The position numbers and the translations under genes were made by a program. A stretch of 63,367 nt of DNA, filler included, from Asterionella formosa (Eukaryota): NCBI GenBank assembly GCA_002256025.1. It is 6 parts of 6 records of this genome, joined end to end, with 100 filler letters (N's around TTAATTAATTAA, not from the genome) between each part and the next. Parts side by side here need not be neighbours in the genome. Positions count along the whole stretch, not along the records: positions 1 to 19,747 come from NKIB01003569.1; 5 more parts are not named here. One strand, 5' to 3'. The notes under the pieces were generated by a model. The model was not told the DNA's origin. It made no database searches and saw nothing but the letters and a program-made list of their open reading frames with translations. Each line of letters starts with the position of its first letter. Positions within the stretch are counted from its first letter, which is position 1. Of the stretch, positions 1-13,400 are shown piece by piece.

Positions 1-1325
1 AAGTTTATCCAACGATGTATATAAAGGAAAAGGAAAAAGATGCGAAGGTTTTCATATCGAGCCACAAAGGGAGACTAATATCAGCATGTCGAACTAGAAA
101 GACCCCGTTGGTATTTGATGTGTTTTTTTACCTAGCATTGTTCTGAATACGGTATGTACATGTGCAAAACTGAGTTCCAGTACCAGGTACCAGTACCTTG
201 GTATCGAGTACGGTATGTACACGATATGAACGAAAATTACCTAGAACATAATTTACGTAACGGTAATTTTTAATGTTAGCTCACTTGTGGCTCCTCTGTT
301 GATTACCGGTATGTATTTACGGAGAAGAATTCGCAATGTTCGGACTTTCCCCGAACTTCCAGGGTGGTACCTACCCTGGGTACATGGTCGATGGAGGCGT
401 TTGTCATCCGATGAGTCATTATTCCTGGCATAGTGAAAAAATTTAGAAACCATCTTTACGATTATACCTAGGGAAGTTGCAGAAAAACAGGTGCTGACTA
501 TCAGGAAAACAAAACTAAATGTCGCATATAGCGCAACTTCCCATGGACATCGTCAATTTTCATTTCGAAAAATGTCCATAACACAACACTCCAGGGTTAT
601 TTCTATTCGCTGAAAAGTTAACTATTTCACCTTTTGGTCGATAGTTTGGGAAAACAATATTCGACTAGGTATACAAACATATTGAATCACACTTCTTCGA
701 CGACATGACGTTTTTTAAGATTACAATGGCTTTTGGCTCTTGACATTTGGTCGTTGGTATGGACATGTTAGTAGCGGATGGTCATTTTTGAAAAAAATCT
801 TTTTAACTATTTAAGACATTTTGCAAAAATCCGGTTAAGGCGTCTCAATGACTGCAACACCCGAACCACCAGGTTCGCGTCAACCAACAAGTGGAAGTCA
901 TTACACTTTTCAGCAGTAATCAATATTGATAATTGTGCATGAAAGTCTCGCTTATGAATGCATTTAGATTTAATGTCCACATGTGGACAGACCTGCATAT
1001 TATTGACAGGCTTTTAATTCCTCTAGTTTTCTTTCGTATGTATCGTATGTACCGGTACTCAAGAGCATTTTCACTTTTCGTCCGCCTGGTGATCTGTGCA
1101 CCTCAGCAGCTCGTGTCGCGTGCAATTGGCATTTGTGGGTTTTATTCCTTTCGCTCATTTTAGTAAAGTGAAGAAAGGCTGCCAACGTTGCTGCTATCCA
1201 GCGAGACGATTTCGATTGCATTTCCTTTCCCATCCTGCCTGTTATCGCTCAGCAACTGCCTTAACGACCCACTTTCTTGAATCCCTAATAAAGGAAACAA
1301 GAACTGCCACTAAATACCTTCCATC

Positions 1326-3553
1326 ATGAGCAATAATAATGTACTTTCGATCCTCCCTTTAGTCAGCATCCTGACCGCGGCCGTGTTTATTTGCGTGCAC
1401 GTGGCGTCAAGCGGAACAAAGCCTTCTTCGTCAGCATCCAACAACGAAAACGTTGGCGGTGGACCTGGAGGACTCGTATCATTTACCTACACACCGACGA
1501 CAGCGCCAAACTCTGATTTACAGTTTGTTCCTGTCCCAACTGCCATGGTGTTTGCACATATTATACCACAAATCAGTGACGTAATACCGACTGCACCCCC
1601 CAAGCCACAACTTGTGAATAATCCTCCGAGACAACCAACCATGTAAGTAATCTCTTCGAAGAAACAATCAGGTTGTTGTTTGCGAACGTGCCTGTGCTTT
1701 CCAATTTCATGGATTGATTGCAATATATGCTTTGCCTTTTTCGGACATTGCCTGTGTCAATGCAGGTACTTGTCCATTTATTCTAGACATGATCCAACGT
1801 ATGTTGGATGAGGAACGTTGGATTGTCATCCGAAACTAACTCAATCTACACCCCTCCCCTTTACAACTTCTCCTTCAGTGATTCGGCACTATTAAACAAC
1901 AATGGATCACCTCAGTTACAAGTTTTGAACATTCCCCTAGGACAACCGACTCCAGATCCAGCGTTGTTGCCTACTCTCATAGGATCCCCACTGGTACAGT
2001 ATTCGCAAACTCCGAGAAAGCCTCATTCTACTGTGCGTCCTTTGGAATTTGGTACTTCAGCACCATCAATAAATTCATCCCCTTCACTTCCATCCCTTCC
2101 TCTCGGAAAACCCACCAAATCACCTACCAAGAAACCTAGTCCACCGAAGCGATCGCCAACAGTTAGTCCTGTGTTATCCCCTCCAGTGTTTCGTCCCACA
2201 ACAAGTCCAGGGCCATCCTATGGCGGTCCTCCCGTAGTTGCCCCCACTTCTACAAGACAACCTGTCGCTAAACCATCTCGACCACCTGCAGCATCAGTGG
2301 CAAAGACGCCATCACCGACAAAAGGGGTGCCGATAAATGTCTCGCCATCGTCCGGTCCAATAGCCCTCTGGGTTCCTCCTCCGATGCAACCTACCAAGGC
2401 AAATGCGCCTTCGACTTCGGCTGTCCCTTTTCCGCCTTCAGTGTCACCTCCTACTCCTTTAGTTCGTCCTCCAAGTCCACCTTCGTTACCAGGTCCGCCT
2501 TCGGTACCAGGTCGGCCTTCGTTACCAGGTCCGCCTTCGGTACCAGGACCTCCGGTGTCGCCTTCACAAGTAACTGGTGGACTACCAAGTGAAGTCTTAA
2601 TCCAAACTGGTGGGGAAGGGGTACAAGTTGTTATTGGGATCAACGTCGATCCCAACGCCGATCCTAAAGTGGTTGTTTCCTCCGGTAGTGGTGTTGGTAG
2701 TGACCCCTGGTGGAATGTAGTGTTGACAGTCCCTCCGACTTCCGAACCACTTTTTGCAAAGCACAATGAAATTTTTCTCAAGGGTTGCAATCCACTTCAG
2801 TGTATCTTGAATGAAACAGCTACATTTAATAGCATGTCAAACGAAGATGAGTCCATTTACGAAATCTTTTACACTAATCCTATCAAGTGTTGTCGAGTTA
2901 TTGTAGAGATTGGCGTTGGTAACGGAGAACGCCATTCGGTATCGAAATTCTTTGAAGATGCCTTGAAATGGCGACCACTTCTGATTGAGGCCAACCCAGA
3001 CATTTATAAAGAATTACAAGTCAACCGTCCGAACGCTACAAAAATCAACGGTGCCTTCTGCGAAAGTGATTCCATGACATTTGAAAATGGAAACTTTCAT
3101 GCCGTTGGTGGGTCCATAGAGGTTACTTCAGAGTTACATACCTTGGGTAATAGTGCTAACGGCGGTGCGAAGCACACAATTCCATGCCTTCAAATGGACA
3201 GTGTCTTTAGTGAAAACGGGATAACCAAAGTGGATGTTATGGTGATACGTGTACCTGGTGATGCTCTTGCTTACATTCGGTCCATGGACTGGACCGTTCG
3301 AGTCGACATTTGGATAATACTTATGCATGGACAGCAGTCTAAACAAGATCGAGATGACTTAGTTCGTACTGTGCTGTCGAAGAATGAATACGTCCAAGCA
3401 GAATGGGATATCAAGAGGTGGTGTGCTGATACTGGTGTGTGTTTAAACAATGAAGTATTTTTGAGAAAGGGGTTCAACCCATTGCCTGGTGAGCTTGCTG
3501 AGTTACAGCAAGGGTTGAGACGAAATCTGAGGAGCGGAACTGGAAAGCATTAA
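1326..3553 (+). CDS. Membrane-anchored Pro/Ser/Thr-rich FkbM-family (Methyltransf_21-like) protein, paralog A; join(1326..1642,1879..3553)
   Basis: Exon 1 encodes a hydrophobic anchor (ILPLVSILTAAVFICVHV). The intron 1643-1878 has a GTAAGT donor, a CTAAC branch site near 1836 and a TTCAG acceptor; the phase-2 join is in frame with ORF 1808..3553. The C-terminal domain has VEIGVGNG..S..FFE..LKW..LLIEANP, typical of FkbM. The paralog has the same intron. Confidence 0.8.
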
Positions 3554-6500
3554 TAGAGCCATTCAACTCCTGCACAGTAACTGATGTGACTTCTGTTTGG
3601 ACTGCTCCTGGGATAAAATAATGACAGTTCTATGAAACTGTGTGACAAGCAAGGCACCTGAACTAAATTGTTTCAAGACTAACATGATTACTGAGTGATG
3701 ACGAGGAATCTCAGAATGAAGGTACCAGTGAAAAACTGTTGTGACCCACTTAAACAAATTTGGAACCACTGTGACCCACTGAACAGGAGAAAAACATGGC
3801 TTGACCCCACCAAATGCTGATTTCTTAATTTTAAAGCTTTGACCCAAATCCTTAGTATCTGCGCTTTAAGGATAAGCCATTAGATGTACTGGTAGTCAGT
3901 TTATAGCCAATGGGCTTGTCCTAAAATATTGATTGAAAAGTGCAATCGATGAAAATATTGCCAGAACATTGATTACCCCATGTTTTGAGGATTCATTGTT
4001 ACATGACATATGCAGCTATACACAGCAACAACTTGCTTATGTTCATATCCTCAGAATTGAGAAAACGATGATGAAAACAAATGCTAGCAGCTATTTCAAA
4101 TTTTTTGTTGTTAATATTGGCGCTAAAAAATTTATTATTGAATGATTACCTCATCTATGTTAGGCTAATACATGTACAAACCGCCAGTACCAGCACCAGT
4201 AATATTCCTGGTACCAGTACTCTAGCTACAAAACTACAGGTACTACTACTACTGTCCATAGAGCTGTACAGACCATCTTCACATACCATGGTATTGTAAG
4301 TACAACAGGCATGTGTGGAGGATTGTCTAAGCATATTACTGAACCAGGTAACAGCATCTAGGTATGAAAGTATAATGCTGTCAAAGTAACAACAGTAGTC
4401 TACATTATTCTACAAGAAATCGCTCTGAACTTGCATATGCACTTAAAGTTCTCATCTTTCCGGTAGTCTACTGCAGTAGTCCTCCTTGTTTCAACTCATG
4501 AATTTTAAGGGTGATTGTGGTAATTTCATGGAAATATCTCTTCAATGGAGTTCCACAGGAGAAAGTACCACGATTCCATCTAGCTCCACCATGCAATCGT
4601 CCTGTATTTGAGAAAACGATGAAACTGTTGATCATCAAAGCAAACGGTGAAGGTAGTGATTTCTGGCTGAAGTTACAGTGAAGATCACCTTCACGGTGTT
4701 CTCCTGAACGATTGTCCAGTAGCTACCTGGTACTAGATTGTAGCAGCATCCTACGAAAGACTAAATCAATTTATGGAATCCTGTGTTGTGCACATTGCTG
4801 GATAAGTTTTTCATGAGCTCATGTGTGTTGGAAAGAATTTTGATACATGCATTATGATAAACTTACTCACACATCACAGCCATGTTCCATCATTTCATTG
4901 CTACATGACGACTCAATGGCTGTTCCCATCAATCAGCCTCTTGGTGAATACTTATTGCGCTTGCTTGGTAGACCTTGCAGGAAGTCATTGAGTAGTTAAT
5001 GCAGGTTTGGAACAAGTTAAGTGGCAAAGCATGTTTGGCATTAGTAGATTTGCCACCAAGAATTTATAATTTCCTTTTGTCACAAATCTTTCCCTCCATC
5101 GCTCACGCAAACAGAACTTGGCTATACTCAGCAGAACCTCATTTAATGTTTGACAGGCATGATATCGTTTCAACATTCTCGTTTTCAAACAAAACTCGAC
5201 TCAATTAGAATTTGATTTTTAATTAATCTGTCAGTGATGCCAGCTGAACGAAGAAAAAATTATTTTAGCTCGTTCATTCCATTTTTCGTTGACAGCAACC
5301 TTTGGGTTTAATTATGTCTGAAACACAACATAGTTGGTGAGTTCGAAGTACGACAAGTATGATTAAGTATATAAATCGCTAAAACATGATTGCTTTAGTA
5401 GTTATGTTCGTATCTAGCATATTTAGTTTTAACGTTGACTCTTAGTTCAAAATCATTAAAGCGTGGTTGGCTCTCAGTTTTTAGGTGGTACTGAATCTCA
5501 GGAGGTGTCATTACCTTTTGACTATGAGGACGGAGCAGATTTACCGATTTTGTGGAAAATTATGAAAGTCCAAAGTCTACAATGATAACTTGAATTCCTG
5601 ATTCAATCATAACAGATACTAACAGAACCATCATGTCGTTACACCCCCATATATCCTCAAGGATCTAGATGCACGGCACATGGAGCACTTCACATGTACA
5701 AACTCGAACAAGTTGGCCAGGGCACCACTTACAACACGTTTCATATTCAAGAATGAATAATTTTGTATGCTGATTCCCTATTTTCCTCCCGATCTCGACT
5801 CCGTCGAGAATTCGGGGGTAGCTATACATGATAGTCAAAATTGTAACTCTATGAAAAATATGGAATTCCTTGTAAGCATTTCTTGAGCATCTTCCCTGTA
5901 GCTGCACAAGTGAACACTGCCTGAAAATGCCTAGTACCAGGGGACCAGAAATTCCATACATTATGACAAAGTTGTCATCAGACAAAATGTTGCACACATC
6001 ATGATTTGGGAATCAAATTCTTATGTATATTTGTAAATCCGTGATAATACATATTATTTGCTTATCCCTAGTGAGGCTGACGAAGAGACAGGTCCCGTTG
6101 TACCATTTGGACGAAGAAAACCAGTACTAATTGTTTCCATTCAAGTGGGCACAAGTGCGATTTTTGGATAGCTTTAACAAACAATAAAATCTAATTAACC
6201 TTTAAGTGGACCAATATTTGCAAATGCATGTCAGAAACTTTGTTGACATTTAGAGAATCCTGAAGAGGCTCATTAGAGCGCTGCTGAATGTTTGAAAAGA
6301 TTTATCGCAACTGATAAAAGAAACGGAAAAATGTAAATGAGACCACCATAAGAATTACAAGTTCAAGATGTGGTATTGGTTGAAAGATCATTTGGGGATA
6401 ATCCAGATACCAGGACATAGGCAAGTGCATACTTGTTGCTCACCATCATTGGTGGTGATTGCTGTTGAATTGAATTTTGATAGGCAGGGCAAAAGTGTTT

Positions 6501-6739
6501 CACTGTCTCCTGCACCAAAGCAGGCATGTGGCACGACTGTCAGATGGATGAACGGAACCACTTTTGTAATGAGTCTCCTCAATGTTGATGAGTGTGTGGA
6601 AATTCCAAGTCTCATTGCAGCAATGTAGGTGCAATAATGAGTTCAAAAATCAACAGGTTGGTTCATGAACTAAGCACAATGATGTGCATTTTCAGTTCAT
6701 TGAAAAATGAAGGCTTCTTATGATATTTTCAATGATTAA

Positions 6740-7461
6740 GGTTCCTACTACGTAAGATCACCTGCCTAGCTGGAAACGGTAGTAGGGTTAAAAAATGTTG
6801 ATTCAGAGAAATTAAACACACAAATATGCCTATTGTGACTAAGAGCCTTCAACATTAGACGCCCTTTTGTTGCGCTTAGATACAACAGTAAAAGATCAAA
6901 GTATGGCTGGGAACATGTCAAACTTAGATAGCTACCTTGAGGATATAGGATCTGGCAAGAAACTGCAGAAAGAAACACGGTTTTGAAACTAGTATGCTAA
7001 AATGAGTAGAAAATCCGGGGCAAAACAGTTTTTTTTTGCATAGTAAAGAATGTAAGTTCCTTGCTTTCTGCAGTTTCTCACCAGACGTTACCTTCATCTG
7101 ATGCTATTCGAAGGTTGCCTATGTACTTAATTTGCCTTCAAAGAAGCCAACCATTGGTTTAGCAATTATTGTTGGAAAATCGAGAAAATCGGCCTTTCCA
7201 ACAGTCTTCAAAACATTGGAATCACAATCACGACATACTGAAACTACCTAAAGGGAATAGGAGTCTAGTCAACAAATTTTTAGTCGTAAAATCGCCTGTA
7301 CATAAATATGCCTATGCTCCATTTTCCAGTCATATGCATTCTAATGGAATTTTGATGAAGCAGAGTCATGTGTTGTTCTCAAAAAGTCGCTTGTACACAT
7401 TCCCAATTCCAGACACTAAGCAAAAGAATAATTTTTGTCTAGGGTTTCTGATGCAGCAACC
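6740..7461 (-). mobile_element. Diverged non-autonomous TIR element, same family as 28059-29240 and 30232-31466 (Kolobok-like)
   Basis: TTAA|GGTT at the left end and ATGCAGCAACC|TTAT at the right end. Both subterminal regions and the internal AAACTGCAGAAAG inverted repeat (~6950-7085) resemble the reverse complement of the 28-31 kb copies. Confidence 0.6.
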
Positions 7462-8300
7462 TTATTATGCTATCCTCACAAAACTGGTAAAAAGTCTTTG
7501 AGTCTTCCGAGTCATTTCTCCCCGGGGTACTTGGAAAACAAAAGTCATTGCTTCTTCCTTCCCACACTGCCTTTCTTCGTAGCTTATTATTAGCTATCAG
7601 TACATCGCTTAATTATATTACTTATTCTTAATCATTCTACGACAATAGCAATAATCGACGTCGTAAAAGAGTGCTAAGAAAGTACCTGGTACCTGGTATC
7701 TCTTATGGTATGCTAAGCATAAATCTGACCGTAACATTCATGAAGTTATTTATGACACAGGCTGGACCAGAAAACATATTGTATGTCGTACATACATGGT
7801 AGACGTATATACCGGTAGTTTCGTCTCAATGACTGCGACTCCCAAACCAGCACCAGGCCAGTGTCATAAGACCAAAAAGAAGTCTTCATCGCTTTTTAGC
7901 AGTCATCATTGTTGACAATAGCACGTGATATTCTCGCTCATAAGTGCCATTAGATTTTATGTCTAAACATGGACACTGGGGCATAGGCACAGCCCATAAG
8001 TGCCTTTGGATTTAATGTAAAAGGATGGACACTGGGGCATATAGCTGGACACAGACATCTACTACATCCTCTCATTTTGTTTCATATACCGGTCCCTTCA
8101 CTGATTTGATCTATTATAAAAACTCATTGTGAGATTAAAAGTTCAGTGAAGAAAGGCTGCCAACGTTGCTGATATTCCAGCGAGACGATTTCAATTGCAT
8201 ACCCTTTCCCATCCTGCCTGCCTGCCTGTTGTCGCTCAGCAATTCCTTGATCGACCCACTTCCTTGAATCCCTAATAAAAGAAACAAGAACTGCTACTAA

Positions 8301-10756
8301 ATGCCTTCCATCATGAGCAAGATACTTTCGCAACCATGGTTCCTCCCTGCAGTCAGCATCCTGGCAGCGTCCGTGTTCATTTCCGTGCACTTGTCACCAG
8401 GAACGAAATTGTTTTCGTCAGCATCCAACAACGAAAACATTGGCGGAGGACCATTGACCAACGGGGGAGGGATCGTATCATTTACTTATACACCGACGAC
8501 AGCGCCAAACTCTGATTTACAATACGTACCTGTCCCCACTGTCATGGTTATTGGACATAATATACCACAAATCAATGACTTAGTTCCTTCTGCATCCCCC
8601 AAGCCGCAGCTTTGGAATATTCCCCTGGGAGAACCAACTCCGTAAGTACTCTCTGTAGGAAGAATCAATCAGGTTGCTGTTTGCGAGCGTGTCTGTATTT
8701 TCCATTTCTGGGATTGATTTGCAATATAGACGTTTTGCCTTTTTGGATATTCCAGCTATCATTGCAGTTGCTTGTCGTCCTCTTGCTGTTCAAGGCATGA
8801 TCATGTAACGTAGTCTATGTTGGATGAGGTAACTTGGATTGTTATCCGAAACTAACTCAATCTATATCCCTTGCCCTTTACAACTTCCCCTCCAGTGATC
8901 CGGCAATGTTATCCAACAATGGATCACCTAGTCCTGCACTCGGTTTGAACATTTCAAAGGGTGAGCCGACTCCAGATCCAGCGCTGTTACCCAACCAAGG
9001 GACACCTATTCACCTTGGTTGGAATATACCAAAGGGTGAGCCGACTCCAGATCCAGCGCTGTTACCCAACCAAGGGACACCTATTCACCTTGGTTGGAAT
9101 ATACCAAAGGGTGAGCCGACTCCAGATCCAGCGCTGTTACCCAACCAAGGGACACCTATTCACCTTAGTTGGAATATACCAAAGGGTGAGCCGACTCCAG
9201 ATCCAGCGTTGTTGCCAAGTCTCATAGGCTCCCCACAGGTTCAGTATTATCCTCCATCAGCTGTGCGTCCTTTGGAATTTGGTACGTCGGCACCATCAAT
9301 AAATCCCTCTCCTTCAATTCCACCCCTTCCTCTTGGAAAACCCACCAAATCACCTACCAAGAAACCTAGAGCACCGAAGCGATCGCCAACAGTTAGTCCT
9401 GTCTTATCCCCTCCAGTGTTTCGTCCCACAACAAGTCCAGGGCCATCCTCCCTGCCATATGGTAGTCCTCCCACGCTCGCCCCTACGAAAAAATCTGTCG
9501 CTAAACCATCTCGACGGCCTGCAGCATCAGTGGTGAAGACGCCATCACCGACAAAGGGAGTGTCGATAACTGACTCTCCATCGTCCGCTCCTACCCTCTT
9601 GGTTCCTTCTCCGACTAAACTTCCAAAGACAAATGCGCCATCAGCTGTCCCGACGCTGCCTCCAGTGACACCTCCTACTCCTCTAGTTCGTCCTCCGAGT
9701 CCTTGGCCAATGCCAGTGGTGCATTTGCCAATTCCAGTACCAGGACCACCTATGTCGCCTTTGCTAGTAATTGGTGGACCACCAACTCAAATCGTAATCC
9801 AAACCGGTTCGGGAGGGGGACAAGGAGGTGTTGGTGGGGTCAACGTCGATCCTAAAGTGGTTGTTACCTCCGGCGGGTGTGGCAGCGGCGGCGGTGTCGT
9901 TGTTGTTCACCCCTGGTGGAATGTCATGCCGACAGTCCCTCCGACTACCGAACCAGTTATTGCAAAGCACAATGAAGTTTTTCTCAAGGGTTGTGATCCA
10001 CTTCAGTGTGTCTTGAATGAAACAGCCACATTTTACGGCATCTCGAACGAAGACGAGTCAATCTACGAAATCTTTTACACTAATCCTATCAAGTGTTGTC
10101 GAGTTATTGTAGAGATTGGCGTTGGTAACGGAGAACGCCATTCGGTATCGAAATTCTTTGAAGATGCCTTGAAATGGCGACCACTTCTGATTGAGGCCAA
10201 CCCAGACGTTTATAAAGAATTACAAGTCAACCGTCCGAACACTACAAAAGTCAACGGTGCCTTTTGCGAAAGTGATTCCATGACGTTTGAAAATGGAAAC
10301 TTTCATGCCATTGGTGGGTCCGTAGAGGTTACTTCAGAGTTACATACCTTGGGTAGTAATAGTGCAAACGGCGGTGCGAACCACACAATTCCATGCCTTC
10401 AAATGGACACTGTCTTTAGTGAATACGGGATCACTAAAGTGGATGTTATGGTGATACGTGTACCTGGTGATGCTCTTGCTTACATTCGGTCCATGGACTG
10501 GACCGTTCGAGTCGACATTTGGATAATACTTATGCATGGACAGTCAAGACAAGAACGAGATGACTTAGTCCGTACGGTGCTGTCGAAGAATGAATACGTC
10601 CAAGCAGAATGGGATATCAAGAGGTGGTGTGCTGATACTGGTGCGTGTTTAAACAATGAAGTATTTTTGAGAAAGGGGTTCAACCCATTGCCTGGTGAGG
10701 TTGCTGAGTTGCAGCGAGGGTTGAGACGAAATCTGAGGGGCAGAACTGGAAAGTAA
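8301..10756 (+). CDS. Membrane-anchored Pro-rich FkbM-family-like protein, paralog B; join(8301..8641,8896..10756), start may be 8313
   Basis: The intron 8642-8895 (GTAAGT...CTAAC...TCCAG) joins in frame and recreates GEPTP|DPA, which matches the downstream repeat unit. The C-terminal domain is nearly identical to paralog A, and the upstream region ~7820-8300 is homologous to ~840-1325. Confidence 0.8.
8956..9216 (+). repeat. In-frame 75-bp (25-aa) tandem repeat, ~3.5 copies (KGEPTPDPALLPNQGTPIHLGWNIP)
   Basis: AAAGGGTGAGCCGACTCC recurs at 8956, 9031, 9106 and 9181. Paralog A has a single copy. Confidence 0.95.
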
Positions 10757-10903
10757 TGATAATATAGCCATGTAAATCTTGTAAAGTAAACGACAGAAAT
10801 TCGAAACGTGATCATATACCATCAAGAATTCTAGTTTATAGTCCTTGAAATGCCGACACAGGACAATGCTCTCATTTGTTCAAAGTAATATGTGTCGGAT
10901 AAT

Positions 10904-11663
10904 GGGCGCGCTCTGATAATAAAAAATTATTATATCCTGTGTATTATAACACAAATCGTTGTACCCATAACCCCAAAATTTGTGTTTGTGTTGACCAAAT
11001 TTGGTAAACCTGGCACAAATTTTTTACAGTTATAAATAACAGTGCATTATATAAAAAGATGTTTAGACATGGATGACTATATAGAATTTCCCGGAATATT
11101 TCAAGACTTGCTTGCTCATACTCAAAATGGCTTGCTCTTGCCAAAATAGGTATGCATATACATATGCATATGCATATCGTTACATATCAATCAACCTCCT
11201 CAATAAATCGATTGTCATCGCTTTTAGATTTCGGCCATGTCTTCATCTTCTTCTGGTCAAAGGAGAGCAGCCAGGGAGGGCTTCCCTTCCTCTCCTAGGC
11301 TGCTTGAAGGTCGCCGTCACCAGCATGGAGAGCACATTGCTAACAGTCGCAATGTGATCATAATGTCATCATCATCATCATCAGGAGATGGGATGAAAGT
11401 CGACATGGTCAGTGACCGACAATGATGAATATATAGAACTCATGCGTATAATGAACAAGAGGCGGCATAGCATACAAGAGGATGCATCGATATGAAAATT
11501 TAACTGTTGAAAATTAAAGTTAAAAATATATATAATGTCAGAGAAGTAATCTAAAATATCTATAATATCAGAGCGCAAGGACGATATTATGTAGCAGATC
11601 ACCAGAATAATTTGTGTTATAATGCACACATGATATAATAATTTTTATTATCAGAGCGCGCCC
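10904..11663. mobile_element. MITE with ~33-50-bp TIRs and AAT target-site duplication (PIF/Harbinger-related PHIS group)
   Basis: GGGCGCGCTCTGATAATAAAAAATTATTATATC starts at 10904 and its exact reverse complement ends at 11663. AAT is directly repeated at 10901-10903 and 11664-11666. Confidence 0.9.
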
Positions 11664-12321
11664 AATAGGTAATTAATCCCTATCGAGTCTCTCAACGCCC
11701 TCTCCTCTCTTAAGACTCTCCATTAGTATCTACCGGTATACTCAGCTCATAGCAACCGCTAAGCTAGCCCACGCCAAGAACACATTTGAATGTAAAGGTC
11801 CTTCAAATACACGCACAATATGTACAACCGAGTAACATCTGCGCACATTTGGCACCTAGCTACGGGTACCGGTACTTGCCTCCATTTCTCCCGTTGAGTG
11901 TACGGACGACCCTGTAGACCCCAAAGGTCCTACCAACACAACTACCGGTATGTAATTTGGTACGATAATAGCGCATCGAACATTGGTGGAGGCACCGCCA
12001 GTGGTATATGCAGCTTTGCTTTGCAATTTCTACACACAGCAGTATCACCAGCGAAACGAACAGGGAGGTCCGTATCATCGCACGTTTTATGCACACCTTT
12101 TCAGTTTCGACGCACTCCAAATGCATCGTCTCATGCCTGCCAGATGAGATAGACTGGCCTTTCATTGCAAACTCTTTTAAGTAACTTTCTCCAATGTTCA
12201 ATTATCATTCATTAAATCCAAGTTGTGTTCTGATCATCAAAATCAAGTTTGCTACTACTAGTATTCAGCAACTGGATGACGGTTTGCTAAGAATGGAATT
12301 CACCAATCAAAAAATCAGTAA

Positions 12322-13400
12322 CTTCTAGTCGTATTAACAAGCACTTGTAAGTCATAGTAAGCACTTGTAAGTCATAGTCAGCAGTTTCTAGTCATAGTCA
12401 GCAAATTCTCGTTGCTGTCAACAAACTCTAATCGTTGTCAGCAGATTTCTAGTTGTATCAGCAATTATAAACAAAATTGTGATTTTGAAAATGTGAATGA
12501 ACTCTTAATTGACATTACTAAAATAGAGAATCAAAAAAATTCTTTCAACCTACAGATTACCATAGTGTAGCGTGCTGTGTACTGGAAAAGTGTCAAATTT
12601 GGTCGTAACTTTGTCATTTTGAATTGTGGATCATCAAAACTAAGTGATGGTGATATTTGTGGTATTACAATTATTTTTTATGATTGTATTATCTATGTTG
12701 TGTTAGATATATTTACCAGATAGCATAGCGTCGCTTTCATTTTCCATGGAGAAATTCCTTTTTTTCGACATGGTCAAGGCAGAGATGGTATGGTGCAGGA
12801 TTCTCCAGCAGCGCAGAAGAACTACACTCTAGTGTTTCATATACAGATAGAGATTGCAACATCTAAGCGTAATAATTATGAACAAGCTTCTATAAGGGCT
12901 ACCTCGGCTAACAGGAGCGAGGTACCCTGAAAATATATAATGGTATCCTATGATCATGTAACCATAGTATTTTTGTGATATACTATGTATGAGGATATTG
13001 CAAATAGAATAGCGGTGGGGGGGGGGGGGGGGGCGGGGNNNNNNNNNNTTTTTTTTAATAAATTTTTTTGTTTTTTTTTTAAATTTTATTCTTTACTCCC
13101 TCCCCCCCCCGGTACTAGGCTGTTGCATCTGGCGTGATAATGACTATGACCATGTACATAGATATGACATTAATTACATATGCTTTTATGTAGTATCGGC
13201 AAGGCAATCAGGCGGGGCTAGTGGTTGTCTTCGTTCATGTATATACTTCATAGGCATAAGGGTCATTCAGAAAATCTATTCTTATTCGCAAATTCTAGTC
13301 TCTGTAAGCAAGTTTTAGTCGTAGTCAGCAAGGTCTAGTCGTAGTCAGTAAAATTCTAGTCGTTGTCAGCGAATCCTAGTCATTGTCAGAAACTTCTAAA
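12322..13400 (+). repeat. Two blocks (~12322-12465 and ~13291-13400) of a degenerate ~20-bp minisatellite (TTCTAGTCGTAGTCAGCAAA), probably internal to a decayed TE
   Basis: CTAGTC(G/A)T(A/T)GTCAGCA units recur on both sides of the gap at 13039. The flanks at ~12130-12305 and ~13410-13595 show weak inverted similarity. Confidence 0.6.

Noticed and set aside
335..620. Short inverted repeat GGGAAGTTGC/GCAACTTCCC (471-542) and similarity to ~15212 (TGTTCGGACTTTCCC)
   Set aside because: Probably a decayed MITE, but the boundaries and TSD could not be defined.
2218..2790. Gly-rich antisense ORF (also 32941-33675 and 51619-52098)
   Set aside because: Shadow ORFs on the opposite strand of well-supported genes.
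3600..6700. Short ORFs between the FkbM paralogs
   Set aside because: No motifs and no coherent gene model.
13015..13110. Poly-G / poly-T / poly-C runs as G-quadruplex or telomere-like feature
   Set aside because: They abut an N gap and are most likely low-quality contig ends.
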